Below are positions 9,644 through 20,900 of a stretch of DNA of 64,000 nt, in pieces. The position numbers and the translations under genes are program-made. This DNA is from a virus, in the IMG/VR virus record IMGVR_UViG_3300037205_000062, positions 32,001 through 96,000 of that record. The stretch is one strand, 5' to 3'. Position 1 is the first letter of the stretch; every line of letters begins with the position of its first letter. Below the pieces are notes generated by a model, which saw only the letters and a list, made by a program, of their open reading frames with translations, was not told the origin of the DNA and did not search any database.

Positions 9644-10246
9644 ATGGCTACTTTTTCCGCTAAAATTAATGCTAAAAGTTTCGGAAGAAAATTTAACAAG
9701 ATGTTAGATTCTCCTAAATTTAAGAAAGATGCTTATGATATTATGGATGAAACTTATCAGCATGCGAAACAAGAGTTATTTAAAGAATTTAATGATAGTA
9801 AAATTACTCAAGAAATAGAAAGGGGGCCAAATGCTGAAAATGAAAGCGGTTTATTAGATGGATATGGTAATTTATTTTCTTATATTGGTTTTCCAGTTGA
9901 TGAACAACCCATTGAAAATTTAAGAGATTATTTAGATGCTTATTTAGATAATTTTCAACAAACGGTTAGAAAAGAAAATTATTGGTATTTTCGTATTCCT
10001 TGCCCAAGTAAAAAAGAAATTGAGGCGCAAACTCCTATGCCTTGGGAAGAAGGAAATTCATGGGTAAGTGGAATAGAAGAAGAGGGTATCACAAATTTAT
10101 CTCATTATTTATATGGCGAAAGTAATAGATCAAGATCAACTATGGGTTTACAAATTACACCAGAATATAGACCTGGGGCCGCAATGCATACCTCTCCATA
10201 TTTATTAAAAATGTTAGAAGATTTTCGAGAAAGATTTGAGGTATAA
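9644..10246 (+). CDS. Putative neck/tail-completion protein
   Basis: Position in the neck module; C-terminal PYL..M.E.F pattern resembles tail-completion proteins. Confidence 0.4.
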   Translation: MATFSAKINAKSFGRKFNKMLDSPKFKKDAYDIMDETYQHAKQELFKEFNDSKITQEIERGPNAENESGLLDGYGNLFSYIGFPVDEQPIENLRDYLDAYLDNFQQTVRKENYWYFRIPCPSKKEIEAQTPMPWEEGNSWVSGIEEEGITNLSHYLYGESNRSRSTMGLQITPEYRPGAAMHTSPYLLKMLEDFRERFEV

Positions 10247-10247
10247 C

Positions 10248-11087
10248 ATGGGAATTCAACCACATTATGATAATAAATTAACTAGTTCTTTTATGCTGCT
10301 TATTGATAATAAAATTTTATCACAAGGTCAAGCTTTTACTAATTATTCGAGTTTATTTTATCCTATTAATTCATATATAAGTAATGAATATGCTTATGCG
10401 TGTCCATTTAAGTCATTAGTGAATGATATATCAATTAGTGGGGCCAATGTAATAAGTGGATTATATCTTAATGGAAATTATGTTAATATTGGACAATCTG
10501 GATTAGTTAGTATAAATCATTATAATGGAGCCGCTTTTTTTAATACGAAATTACCAACAAATACAATAATTAGTGGAAATTATTCGGTGAAAGATTTTAA
10601 TATTAAAATATCAGATCAACCAGAATATAAATTACTTTTCGAGACAGATTATACTACAAATGGAAAATATTATCAAAGTCCAACTGGTATTGATTTAGAC
10701 GCCGAAACATCTCCTATTATATTTCTAAGAACTAAAATGGATAATCCTGTTCCATTTTCTTTAGGTGGTATTGAAAATAAAAAGAAAACAATTCGTGCTA
10801 TTATTATAGCTGATTCCGAATATCAAAGGATGGCTGTTTGTGGTATTCTTAAAGATATGATGTATTCTCCTTTTTATATTAAAACGGGTTTGCCATTTGA
10901 TGCCATGGGAAATTATACTGGTATTCCTTATAATTTTAATAGTTTAGGTAATGATAATACATATTTACCTTGGATTATGAAAACTCAAGTCGTTGATGTT
11001 CCAAGACAGGGGGATTTTAAAACTATGCCTAAAAATATGAGTTTTGTAGATTTTCAGGTGCAAACACTGGCGTTACATACGTATTAA
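10248..11087 (+). CDS. Putative tail terminator protein
   Basis: ATG at 10248 follows the previous stop; last neck gene before the tail tube. Confidence 0.4.
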   Translation: MGIQPHYDNKLTSSFMLLIDNKILSQGQAFTNYSSLFYPINSYISNEYAYACPFKSLVNDISISGANVISGLYLNGNYVNIGQSGLVSINHYNGAAFFNTKLPTNTIISGNYSVKDFNIKISDQPEYKLLFETDYTTNGKYYQSPTGIDLDAETSPIIFLRTKMDNPVPFSLGGIENKKKTIRAIIIADSEYQRMAVCGILKDMMYSPFYIKTGLPFDAMGNYTGIPYNFNSLGNDNTYLPWIMKTQVVDVPRQGDFKTMPKNMSFVDFQVQTLALHTY

Positions 11088-11713
11088 ATATATTTAAAAA
11101 AGTATCCATTATAAGATTTATTTTCCTTAATAAGTTTGTTTATATATGCTCTACTAATATTAAATTCTTTAGCTGCATGAGTCATACAATCAAATTTTTT
11201 ATTATTATTTTGATTGAATGCTAATATGGGTTTTCTATGAACAGGTATTCTACCCTTAGATTTTTCTCCTATAAGTTTCTTACTTTCTTCTGAATGGTTT
11301 TTGCCATAAGAAGCATTATTTTCTCCAATACGTCCCTCTGGAAAATTTTTATTTAATGTTTGTATAATTTTATCTTTAACTTCTTGTGTCCTAGGTAATC
11401 GTTTAGCTTTTTCTCCCTCCCATATATTATAACCATTATTAGTATCAGTTGTTTTATAAAATTTAATCCAATATTCTTCTCTTTCCTTTAAATTTTCTAA
11501 CGTACATTCTTCTAAAATAGAAAATTCAAAATTATCAAAACCATATTCTTGTATAGCATTAGTAAATCTTGGAGCATTACTATGTCCATTTTTATGGGAG
11601 ATATATCTTTGATAAAGAACTTTTGTACCCCCTATATATTTTTTATTATTTTTTTTATTAGTAAAACAATAAACTACAATTTTTTTTAAATTACTTTTTT
11701 TATCTAACAACAT
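11084..11713 (-). CDS. GIY-YIG homing endonuclease (NUMOD3/NUMOD1-like DNA-binding tail)
   Basis: VVYCFTNKKNNKKYIGGT...R...H, LEEC...REEYWIKFY...GYN, NASYGKNHSEESKKLI, HAAKEFNISR. Antisense insertion in the tail operon. Confidence 0.9.
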   Translation of the reverse strand: MLLDKKSNLKKIVVYCFTNKKNNKKYIGGTKVLYQRYISHKNGHSNAPRFTNAIQEYGFDNFEFSILEECTLENLKEREEYWIKFYKTTDTNNGYNIWEGEKAKRLPRTQEVKDKIIQTLNKNFPEGRIGENNASYGKNHSEESKKLIGEKSKGRIPVHRKPILAFNQNNNKKFDCMTHAAKEFNISRAYINKLIKENKSYNGYFFKYI

Positions 11714-11727
11714 AACGTGTAAATAAT

Positions 11728-11756
11728 ATAGTAAGATAAATTTTAATCTTTGTCAA
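11728..11756 (-). promoter_or_regulatory. sigma70-type promoter for the GIY-YIG gene
   Basis: TTGACA-N17-TACTAT on the - strand. Confidence 0.75.
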
Positions 11757-11825
11757 GTATTAATTACTTTCACAATGAAAAAAAAATACTGTAATAATAA
11801 ATAAGAATAAATAATTTTAAACCAT

Positions 11826-12752
11826 ATGCCTTCAAGAATATTATATGTCGGACAATCTGTGACGATAACTACCTTCGGTGGTTATGTCCGTAATTTGCCA
11901 GTTCAATCAGCTAGTTGTGATGTTACTCAACCAGCAGAAGACGTTCTTTCTTTCGGTCAAATCGGTTCATTGGGCCGTTATCAAACATCAGTAACTACCT
12001 GTAAATCAACAGTTAAATCTTATGTTCCTTTACCTCCTACTGGAACTAGTTTTGCTGGTGACGTAACTGGTGGCGCTTCACCTGATAAAAATTATATTGA
12101 TGCTACTTTCATTCAAGCTCTTACTGGTGATGCTTTAGCTGGTAACATTGCTACTATTAACGTTTCTCCTAATGGATTTATACTTTCAGGAATTTTATCA
12201 TCATTTTCAGTTGATATTTCTAATGGTGGATTTGCTATGGCAGATTTCGGGTTTGAAGGTGTAGGACAACCATTTTTCGCCGCACAACCTATTGGAAATA
12301 ACTATGCAGTTCCAGGAAATATGCCTAGTTCATTTACTCCAGTTATTTCATCTCACGTTTCTGGTATTTATAATCCAAATACTCAAGCAATTACTGGTAA
12401 TACAGCTAGTTCTTTGAAATTTACTTTAGATATTCCTACGGATCAATTAAGCTCATTAGGTGGGGCTATTACTGGTTCCCAAGTAACTGTGGCTCCTTAT
12501 TTTCTAAAGGTAGCTAAACCTCCCTTTAAGGCTACTATAGCTGTTGATGGAACTTCAGTAGCTATTCCAGTCGGCACTGGCGCTGCTAATAATACATATA
12601 TTATTGGTGGACTTGGTATTACATTACCAAGTGCTATTGTAACTAGTTATTCGTTCAATAACGCAGTAGGGAATGTTGGTGCTACTTACAATTACACAAT
12701 AGAAGATGTAAACTGCTTATTTACAGACGTAACAAATAATTATCTTTACTAA
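11826..12752 (+). CDS. Putative major tail (tube) protein
   Basis: 308 aa, beta-rich (VQSASCDVTQPAEDVLSFGQ...), between neck genes and tape measure, followed by a strong terminator; no sheath-sized gene adjacent. Confidence 0.6.
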   Translation: MPSRILYVGQSVTITTFGGYVRNLPVQSASCDVTQPAEDVLSFGQIGSLGRYQTSVTTCKSTVKSYVPLPPTGTSFAGDVTGGASPDKNYIDATFIQALTGDALAGNIATINVSPNGFILSGILSSFSVDISNGGFAMADFGFEGVGQPFFAAQPIGNNYAVPGNMPSSFTPVISSHVSGIYNPNTQAITGNTASSLKFTLDIPTDQLSSLGGAITGSQVTVAPYFLKVAKPPFKATIAVDGTSVAIPVGTGAANNTYIIGGLGITLPSAIVTSYSFNNAVGNVGATYNYTIEDVNCLFTDVTNNYLY

Positions 12753-12775
12753 TTTTCAGTTTATTCATATATATC

Positions 12776-12801
12776 AAGCCCATCGAAAGATGGGCTTTTT
12801 T
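12776..12801 (+). terminator. Rho-independent terminator
   Basis: AAGCCCATC-GAAA-GATGGGCTT followed by a T run. Confidence 0.9.
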
Positions 12802-12841
12802 ATTTATTTATGTGTAAGTATTATTGGTAAAAGGCGCAGTT

Positions 12842-13204
12842 ATGAATAATAGTCCAGAAAATAATTTAGTGACGCTACAAACACAAAAAGAAATTACTTC
12901 TCTTTATAAGAACTTTTTAGAAATACTAGAAAATATCAAGCAACAACATGAAACAATGTTAAGGAAAGCTTCTGTTAATGTCGATGAAAATTACTTAAAA
13001 GATATTAATTATTTTACTAAAGAATATCATGATTATATTAGGAAGAAAATACTTGATGAGGGCAATGATACTTCAAGGACATTATTGACTTTTTTAGATT
13101 ATTTTGATTTTCAAATTAACCCACAAAAATTACAACAGGCGACCGAAAAACAAAAGATAATAAAAAGAGTTGTAATAAGTAACCCAATCGAGTATAATAA
13201 GTAA
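12842..13204 (+). CDS. Hypothetical protein
   Basis: ATG at 12842 downstream of the GTGTAA...GGTAAAAGG motif; helical, charged. Confidence 0.6.
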   Translation: MNNSPENNLVTLQTQKEITSLYKNFLEILENIKQQHETMLRKASVNVDENYLKDINYFTKEYHDYIRKKILDEGNDTSRTLLTFLDYFDFQINPQKLQQATEKQKIIKRVVISNPIEYNK

Positions 13205-13209
13205 TAAAT

Positions 13210-14025
13210 ATGAGCAATATTAAATATTTGTATGAGACTTTAATTAATAAAGAAGTAGAAGAACAAATTATAGAAACACGGGAAGAAAATGGTAAAAGTA
13301 TCACAACTACTTCTCCAATTAAAAAAATAAAAACTGTTAAAGTATCTATTCAACAACCAGATCGTAAATTATCTAAAGGTGCCGAATTATTCTATTCTAA
13401 AAGTTTAGCTCATTATTTGAAAGAAGGGCTTATGCCATATTCTTTAGTTGCCAAAAGATATGCTAATGATGGAGGACCACTTACAGAAGCAGAAATTAAA
13501 AGACTTCAAGAACTTAAAGATAAACTTAAAATACTTGAAAAAGAATTTTTTGAAACGCTAGTTAATAAGCCAGAAACACCAGAAGAAGATCAAATATTAG
13601 CGCAAAAAAAAACTAGCCTTTTATTAGAAATTAATTCTTATAATGCGGAAGCTTCTGGTATTCAGAATTCTTATGTTGATATTTTTGATAATACAGCAGA
13701 AATGAAATCTCATCATGATACTATTGAATGGTTAGCTTTATTTTTAATTAATGTCGATGAAGATGGTAAGGGATATAAACCTCTTTTTGGAGATGGTGAT
13801 CCTACTAAGTCGGATGATTATGCCCAAAAGGTATCTAAACTAGAAGAATTTGAAAATAAAAATAATCCTTTCTATAATGAAATTATTAAAAAACTTTCTT
13901 ATTTAATTAGTTTTTGGTTTACAGCTAGAACTCCTATATCACAAAATGATTTCAAAACTATGGAAAAGCTTTATGATGATACATTAAGTACATATAAAGT
14001 GGCCCCATTAGAACCTGTATCATAA
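13210..14025 (+). CDS. Putative tail assembly chaperone
   Basis: Charged helical protein between tail tube and tape measure; synteny only. Confidence 0.4.
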   Translation: MSNIKYLYETLINKEVEEQIIETREENGKSITTTSPIKKIKTVKVSIQQPDRKLSKGAELFYSKSLAHYLKEGLMPYSLVAKRYANDGGPLTEAEIKRLQELKDKLKILEKEFFETLVNKPETPEEDQILAQKKTSLLLEINSYNAEASGIQNSYVDIFDNTAEMKSHHDTIEWLALFLINVDEDGKGYKPLFGDGDPTKSDDYAQKVSKLEEFENKNNPFYNEIIKKLSYLISFWFTARTPISQNDFKTMEKLYDDTLSTYKVAPLEPVS

Positions 14026-14026
14026 T

Positions 14027-14917
14027 GTGGTTGGTTCATTACAAACAGAAGTAGAAAAGCTTAAAACAATTTATTACGAAATTGTTCGTGGGCATACTTT
14101 TATTCCAGAACTAGATGTTTATATAAAACATTTTAGTGAATTAGAAAATATTGAAATAGCTAATAAAAAACAGCTGTTCTACAATCAATATATTAAAGAA
14201 GGTATTCCATCCTATGAAGAAAGAATGAAAATGCTTAATGAAATAGGGGAATGGACTAAAGCTGATGAAGAAAATATTATTTTCTTAAGAGGCGCCATTA
14301 TTGATAATGAAAAAAATATTCCCACAATGACTATGATGAATAAGGTTATTCCAGAGCAACAAGAATATCTTAAACAAATTATTAAAGACAAAAAAAAAGA
14401 ATTAACCACTGCTCTTTTAAAAAAACGTAGTATTCTTGGGGCAACAGCAGAAGAATTTTCCGAAAGAGATACTATAAACTATATGACTTATAGGGCGCTT
14501 CAATCTAGTAATAATAAACCATTATTTGAATCATTTGATGATTTTCTTGAATTGGATGACGACCTAATGGAAACTTATATTGTAAAAATGGATGAAGCTG
14601 TTGCAAAATTTGATGAACAAAATATACGAAAGATTGCTGTCATGCCATTTTTTATTAATATGTTTTCCTATACTAAAGAAAATGTATTTTTTTTCTTTAA
14701 TAAGGCGATGATAGAACTGACTAATTTTCAATTTATGTTAATAAGTTTGGGCAGTAGAAATCTTGGAGTTCTTCAAAATTGTGATAAAGAACCACCTGAA
14801 ATTTTAGAAGTAAGTGATTTAGATAAACTAGTAAGTTTTTATGATATGGAATTTTCAGTTTTACTAGGGAAACGACATACTACACGCCCAAGTCAAAATA
14901 GAGTAGTTGTTGGATGA
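14027..14917 (+). CDS. Putative tail assembly chaperone 2 (GTG start)
   Basis: Charged helical protein directly before the tape measure; synteny only. Confidence 0.4.
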   Translation: MVGSLQTEVEKLKTIYYEIVRGHTFIPELDVYIKHFSELENIEIANKKQLFYNQYIKEGIPSYEERMKMLNEIGEWTKADEENIIFLRGAIIDNEKNIPTMTMMNKVIPEQQEYLKQIIKDKKKELTTALLKKRSILGATAEEFSERDTINYMTYRALQSSNNKPLFESFDDFLELDDDLMETYIVKMDEAVAKFDEQNIRKIAVMPFFINMFSYTKENVFFFFNKAMIELTNFQFMLISLGSRNLGVLQNCDKEPPEILEVSDLDKLVSFYDMEFSVLLGKRHTTRPSQNRVVVG

Positions 14918-14986
14918 TAATTATATTAAATTTTATTATAGTAAGTCTTTTGGTGTAATTTACATAGTAAAGGTTAAAGATATTAT

Positions 14987-17900
14987 ATGTCACAAGCAGA
15001 TATAATTGCCTCAGTGGGTTTGGTACCAGAACAAAGTAGCTTAAATCAAATTGAAGCTGCTGTAGCAAACGCTGTTTCTAAAGGTAGTCAAAGAGGAACG
15101 CAAAAAGGATTAATACAAGGAATTAATGCTAATGCTTATGTTCAACCATTAGGCAGAATCACAGGTAAAGCTAATGAATTTGAAAAATCAATGGCGGCGG
15201 CTAATGCTCGTGTTATTGCTTTCGGTGCTTCAACAGCTCCAATTTTTGCGATGGGGGCAGCTTTTCATAAACTAGTCGAATCTACTATTGAAGTTCAAAA
15301 AGTAATGACGGGTATTAATGCTATTTTTGGACTAGGAGCAGGAAATCTTAGAACATTTACATCTCAATTATTTCAAGTTGCTAATCAAACTGGTCAATCA
15401 TTTAATATGGCTGCTGATGCCGCAACAGAATTTGCTCGTCAGGGTTTGAATGTAGAAGAAACTCTAAAAAGAACTTCCGCCGCTTTAATTCTTAATAAAA
15501 TTTCTGGTTTAGATATGGGTGAAGCTGTTTCATCTATTACTTCTATCTTAAACGGTTTTTCTAAAGAAGCTCTTAATTCTACAGATATTATTAATAGAAT
15601 GACATCTGTTGATACTCAATTCGCTGTATCTGCTGGTGACTTGGCAGAAGCTTTAAAGCGTGTAGGTGCGTCAGCTAATGATGCTAATGTTTCATTTAAT
15701 CAAACTCTTGGTTTAATTACTGCCGCAAGACAAATTACAGGTCGTGAAGGTTCAGTTATTGGTAACTCATTTAAAACAATGTTTACTCGCTTACAGCGTC
15801 CAGAAGTTTTAAGCGATTTGGAAGAGGCTGGTATTAAAGTTCGTGATCTTAGTGGTAAAACCTTACCTTTAATTGAAGTATTAAAAGATTTAGCTGGTAC
15901 TTATAATAGTTTAGCGGCTTCGCAAAAATCATTTGTATCAGAAGCGGTTGGTGGTGTTTATCAAATTAATATCTTAAAAGGTATTATGCGCGACTTAAGT
16001 TCTGGAGTAAGTATTTATGATAACGCCGTTACTGCCGCTGATAATTCAACAAGCGCCGTGACAAAACGTATGGAAGTTTTGAATTCTACTTTGTCTTCTG
16101 GACTTGTTAGAACTATGAATGATTTGGCATTAGCTTCATCAAATGTTGGTAATGCTTTAATTGGTAATTCAATGAAAAATGGTATTGGATTTTTCGATAA
16201 CATGCTTAAAGGAACTATTGAAAATACTAATCCAGATAATAAGGCTCCAGGAGCACAAGCTATTCAAGCTGGTATTAAAGGATTAGGTAATTTTTTAGCT
16301 GGCCCAGGTGTTCAAGTAGGTGTTAATATTATACTAAAATTATTAGATAGACTTAGAGATTTTAGTATGAAATCAGGAAAAGATTTATTAGGTCTTGATG
16401 CTGGAATAAAAGAAAGAGAAACTCTTGAACAAAAATATTTTGAAATCCTTTCGAGAGAAAAGGAAAAGGTTGATGAAATTATAGCGGGCAAAAGAACTTT
16501 AAATGAACTTATTAGTTCAACTATTTCTGCTTCTGTTCAGGGAGGGCAAAGAGAAAATTTATTAAGAACAATGGCTGCTGGTGCTGCGGCTTCAACCGTT
16601 GGTAAAATTCCAATTAATAATACTTCAGAAATACCTAATTTATTTAATCCAGTTGCGAATGCTCTTTATAAAGAAAATGTTCTTACTGGAGGAAATGCTA
16701 GATTAAGTTATAGTCCATTATTAGTTTCGTCTAATAACCCATTTGGATTAGCAGCTATTGATAGTAGAACACAAAAAAATGCTACCGATGCTGTTATGCA
16801 ACATAAAATTTTGGGGCAAACAACAACACAAATTAAAAATGGAATGTCTGTTCCTCATTTGGCAACTGGTATTGACCTATCGGTTTTATTAAGTACATTT
16901 GGTTTCCTTGCTCAAATGGGACATTCTACTGATAATATTCAAAAATTTATTAATGTGGTTCCTCAATTATTTTCTGCTACTGAAAAAGAAATCTATGCTA
17001 AAAGAAAACTTGTTGATGAATTCGATAAGATGGGAAAAGATTTACTTACTACTGGGAAACCTCAAACTTTCTATGGAAATAAATTTTCTAATTTACAGCA
17101 AGTTTCTCAATCAGAGGTTGTAAAAGAAATTGAAGTTTTTAGACAGCAAGTAAAAGAATTCGGAGGAAAACAAGATACTGATAGAAAAAATATTTGGAAT
17201 ACTGGATTTAAGATTGCTAATTGGTCTGCTTTCGGTGGTGCCGCTTTATCACAAACTTTAGGTAATGTATCACCAACGGCAGGAGCAAGTGCTGAGGTTT
17301 TACAAGCTGGTATAACTGCTGCTGGCCAAGCATTAATAGCTTTTCCTAATAAAATTGGTAAAGCTTTATCTGTTGGTTTAGCGGCTAGTGGTGTACTAAA
17401 TGCTTTGGATACTTTTGGAAAAGGACTTGAAAATCAAAGAGCTGCCGCTGATTTAGAACTAGGAAGACTAAAAAATGTTAATGAAAGTTTACAAACACTT
17501 TCTCAAACATCTAGCAATTTAACTAATCTTTATAATGATGCTGGTAGTTCTGTAGAAACCATTTCTCGCGAAACTAAAAAATATTCTGAAACTTTGGCGG
17601 CGTTAAGTCAACTTTCTGGCGGGGCGGATATGGCAAGAAAAATTGCCTTGGCACCAAGTTCAGACGCACGTCAAGGAGTTATTCAAGATTTATTAGGTCA
17701 ACAAAGTAAACGAGCTGAAACTACAGCTTCTTTAATTAATGCCCAAGAGCTATTCGGAAAAAGAAGTTTTTTTGGGATGAATCATATCCCAGGTCTTCAA
17801 TCAAATGAGGGTTACGTTTATTCTAATGACTATGAAAAAGATTCCGTTAAACAACAATTAGTGGAAAATGCTTCTGTTGCTATAAGTAATATGGGTGATG

Positions 17901-20900
17901 ATTTCAAAACCGCTCTTATTGGAAGCGTCGAAAGTCTATCTCAATTTACTGATATTTTAAGTAAATTTAATGGTGGTGGAGCAGAAGATATTAGAGGTTA
18001 TCTTGGAGAAATAAAAAGTTCTGGAGGAAGTGGGGCTTATAATAAAGTTATTCAAGAAATTAGAAGTCTATTGACCGAAAAACTTGTATTAGAAAGAAAT
18101 CCTCAAGTAACCAATTTATTAGGTTCTTCTCGCGGCAAATTAGAAGCTCAACAATTAAACATTGATAATGCCGTAAAAAATCAACAATATATTCAAAGAT
18201 TGTTTTTGAATCAAGGGGTTTTGGGTATCCAAAATGTATTAGATGTGCGTCAATCAAATGTTAGAGGAGCTTATAATCAGGAAATGGCAAGAGTTTCTGG
18301 ATATGAAATTAATAGTCCATTATTTGCTCAATCTCATGGGGAAAGAACAGTAGCCCAAAGAGAATATGGAATTAATTTACAAAAAAACGCTATTGAAACC
18401 AGAAACGCTTTAACTAATCTTAATATTGAAACTAATAGAAATTTAGTAGGTTCTTTGGCGCAAAATTTTGATGAAAATTTAGCCAAAAGCGCAAAATCTG
18501 GTAATCTTCCAAATATTACTGGAGAAAAGAATTTGGGTATTAGTGAAAATAGAGCAAATTTAATTACAGCTATTAATACTGGATTAACTAGCGTTCTTAA
18601 AGGTAACGCTGGTGATATTATTAATAAATTTACTGGCGCAAATGGACAATTTAATTTTCAAGCATTTTCTAAATCTGCTGCTCAAGGAGGAAGTAATAAT
18701 CCAGTTATACAAGCTCAAGTTGAAAAGTATTTGAATAGTCAACAATCAATTGATATTCTAAAAACTCTTAATCAATCCGCTCTTAAGCAAAATGAAATTT
18801 TACAAGATTTCAAAGTTAAAAGCGTAGAGGAACAACAAAAACTTACTGCCGCTATTCAAGAAGCAGATTTTAAAAGACAAATTTCTTATTTAGGTGGAAT
18901 ACAAAGTTTATTAGATAGAAATAGCCTTCGTGGAACAATGCGAGATGTTCAAAGAGGTATTTATATGATGTCTAATCCTAACGCTTCTGCTATGACTCAA
19001 TCCATGGGAGCTACAACTTTATTAGAAGCATTAAAGAAAATGAATGTTCCAATGGACATGAGCAATCCTTTAATTAACAAAGCGTTTAGTGTGGGTATTT
19101 CTAGTGGAGCTAGTCTTTTTGGTTCATATAGAGATAAAATCCTTAATAATGTAGCTAGTAAAACTGGAGCCGAAAGTGCTGAAACAGTTGGTCTTTCTCA
19201 AGCATTAGGTATCAATTTACAAGAGGCAGTTTCTAAAATGTTCCAAGCTGAATTTAAACCAGAAGGAAGTATTTCTACTAGTGATGGAGGCTTTATTGAT
19301 TCCGCTGCTTACTTAAAACCTTTTGATGATGGATTAATAGCATCTACAAAATCACTATACGATTTTCCAATAGCTATACAATCTACTATTAATGATTTGA
19401 AAAATGCTGCTAGTGGTATACAAGACGCAAAGGCATCTTATGATACTACCATGAAACAAGTTGATAAACAACTTGAAAATTTAATGCAGTCTATTCAAGA
19501 CAAATATAAAGAAGCTTCACAAAGTCCAGAGCCAGGAAAACAACAAAATATTTTAGGATATGTTAAAGATGTTTTACCAAGTATTATATCTGGGGTAGGA
19601 ATGGCTTTAGCTACAGCTTTTATTAATAGAGGAGGAGGGTTATTTAAAACTGGTTTTAATCTTCTTACTGGTAAACTTTCTAAGAGTACAGTAACCGAAG
19701 GAGAGCAACAGATAGTTAATGCTATTCAATCTAGTGGTAATGGAATTTCTAGTGTTTTAAGAGGAGGTGGGGGCGGTTCTTATTCAATTGGTGGAGAGGG
19801 GACATCTGCTGATTTTGCTTCAGCAAGTGGGGCTTGGAAAAATACTCTCGCTTCTGGTAGAATGAGAATTCATATTCCAACAAATTTACCATCCACTATA
19901 TTAAGCGATTTGGGACAACCAATAAATTCAGGATCAGCGGGTGAATTACCAAAAATTTTTAAATTAAGTTCTATTAATCCACCAAAACTTACTATTCCAA
20001 AATTATTAAGAGTAGGAAATTTACAAAAAGCTTTAGATTTAATACAAAATGATATAGTAAAATCTCAAGGAGAAATTGAAATTTTAACTAAACAATATCA
20101 ATTGAATTTAGAAAAAATAGCCCAAGATATACATTTGGGTAGAAATACTTTAATTAAAATTAATGGAGAAGATGTTAATTTTTCTGGTTGGAAAGGGATT
20201 GGTAAATCAAATATTTTACAAAGACTTTCGGATATGGGAATGTCTTCTGACTCTTTCAAAGAAAATGCTACGAAAAATATTTTAGAGCATGCAAAACAAA
20301 GATTAAATAAACTAGCCGCATTTGAACAAAATATTAAAAATATAAATTTTGATAAAATATCAACAGCTAATTCAGCTAATAGAGCGTCTTTCTTTAGTTA
20401 TCAACAAGGTTCTGTTATTCACGCAAGAGAACAACAATATATAGAACAATTACATAATGATTTTAGAGGACCAGCCATTGCTAATTCTATGGCAGAAAAA
20501 GCCAGAACACCCGCTAATTTATTAAGACAAGATTTACTTCGTAAGAGTATAGAAAATAAACAATTTGAAGCTTGGAAAAGGATGATAGCGAACAATAATT
20601 CTGGTATTCCAGAATATAGTATTAAAGGAAATAATATAAATGATAATATGATTTCTGTTAGAAATACTTCTGGTTTCTCTCAATTACCTTCGAGGTCTAT
20701 TAATGGAATATCTGAATTTATAAAAGATACTAAAGGTATATTATCTAATACTGGTAAATCCATGAATATTCTTCCAACATTATCTGGTGTATTAATGGAA
20801 CAGGCTTGGAAAGGAATCAAATCTTCTTCATTTAATAATAGTTTATTTAACCCATTAAGTTTATCTGGTTTCAAAAATGCTGGAATATTAGGAAAAGGTA

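Noticed and set aside
14009-14030. Programmed frameshift between the two putative tail chaperones
   Set aside because: The second ORF is in the +1 frame, which is closed by TAG at 14009-14011, and no slippery heptamer lies in the short overlap.
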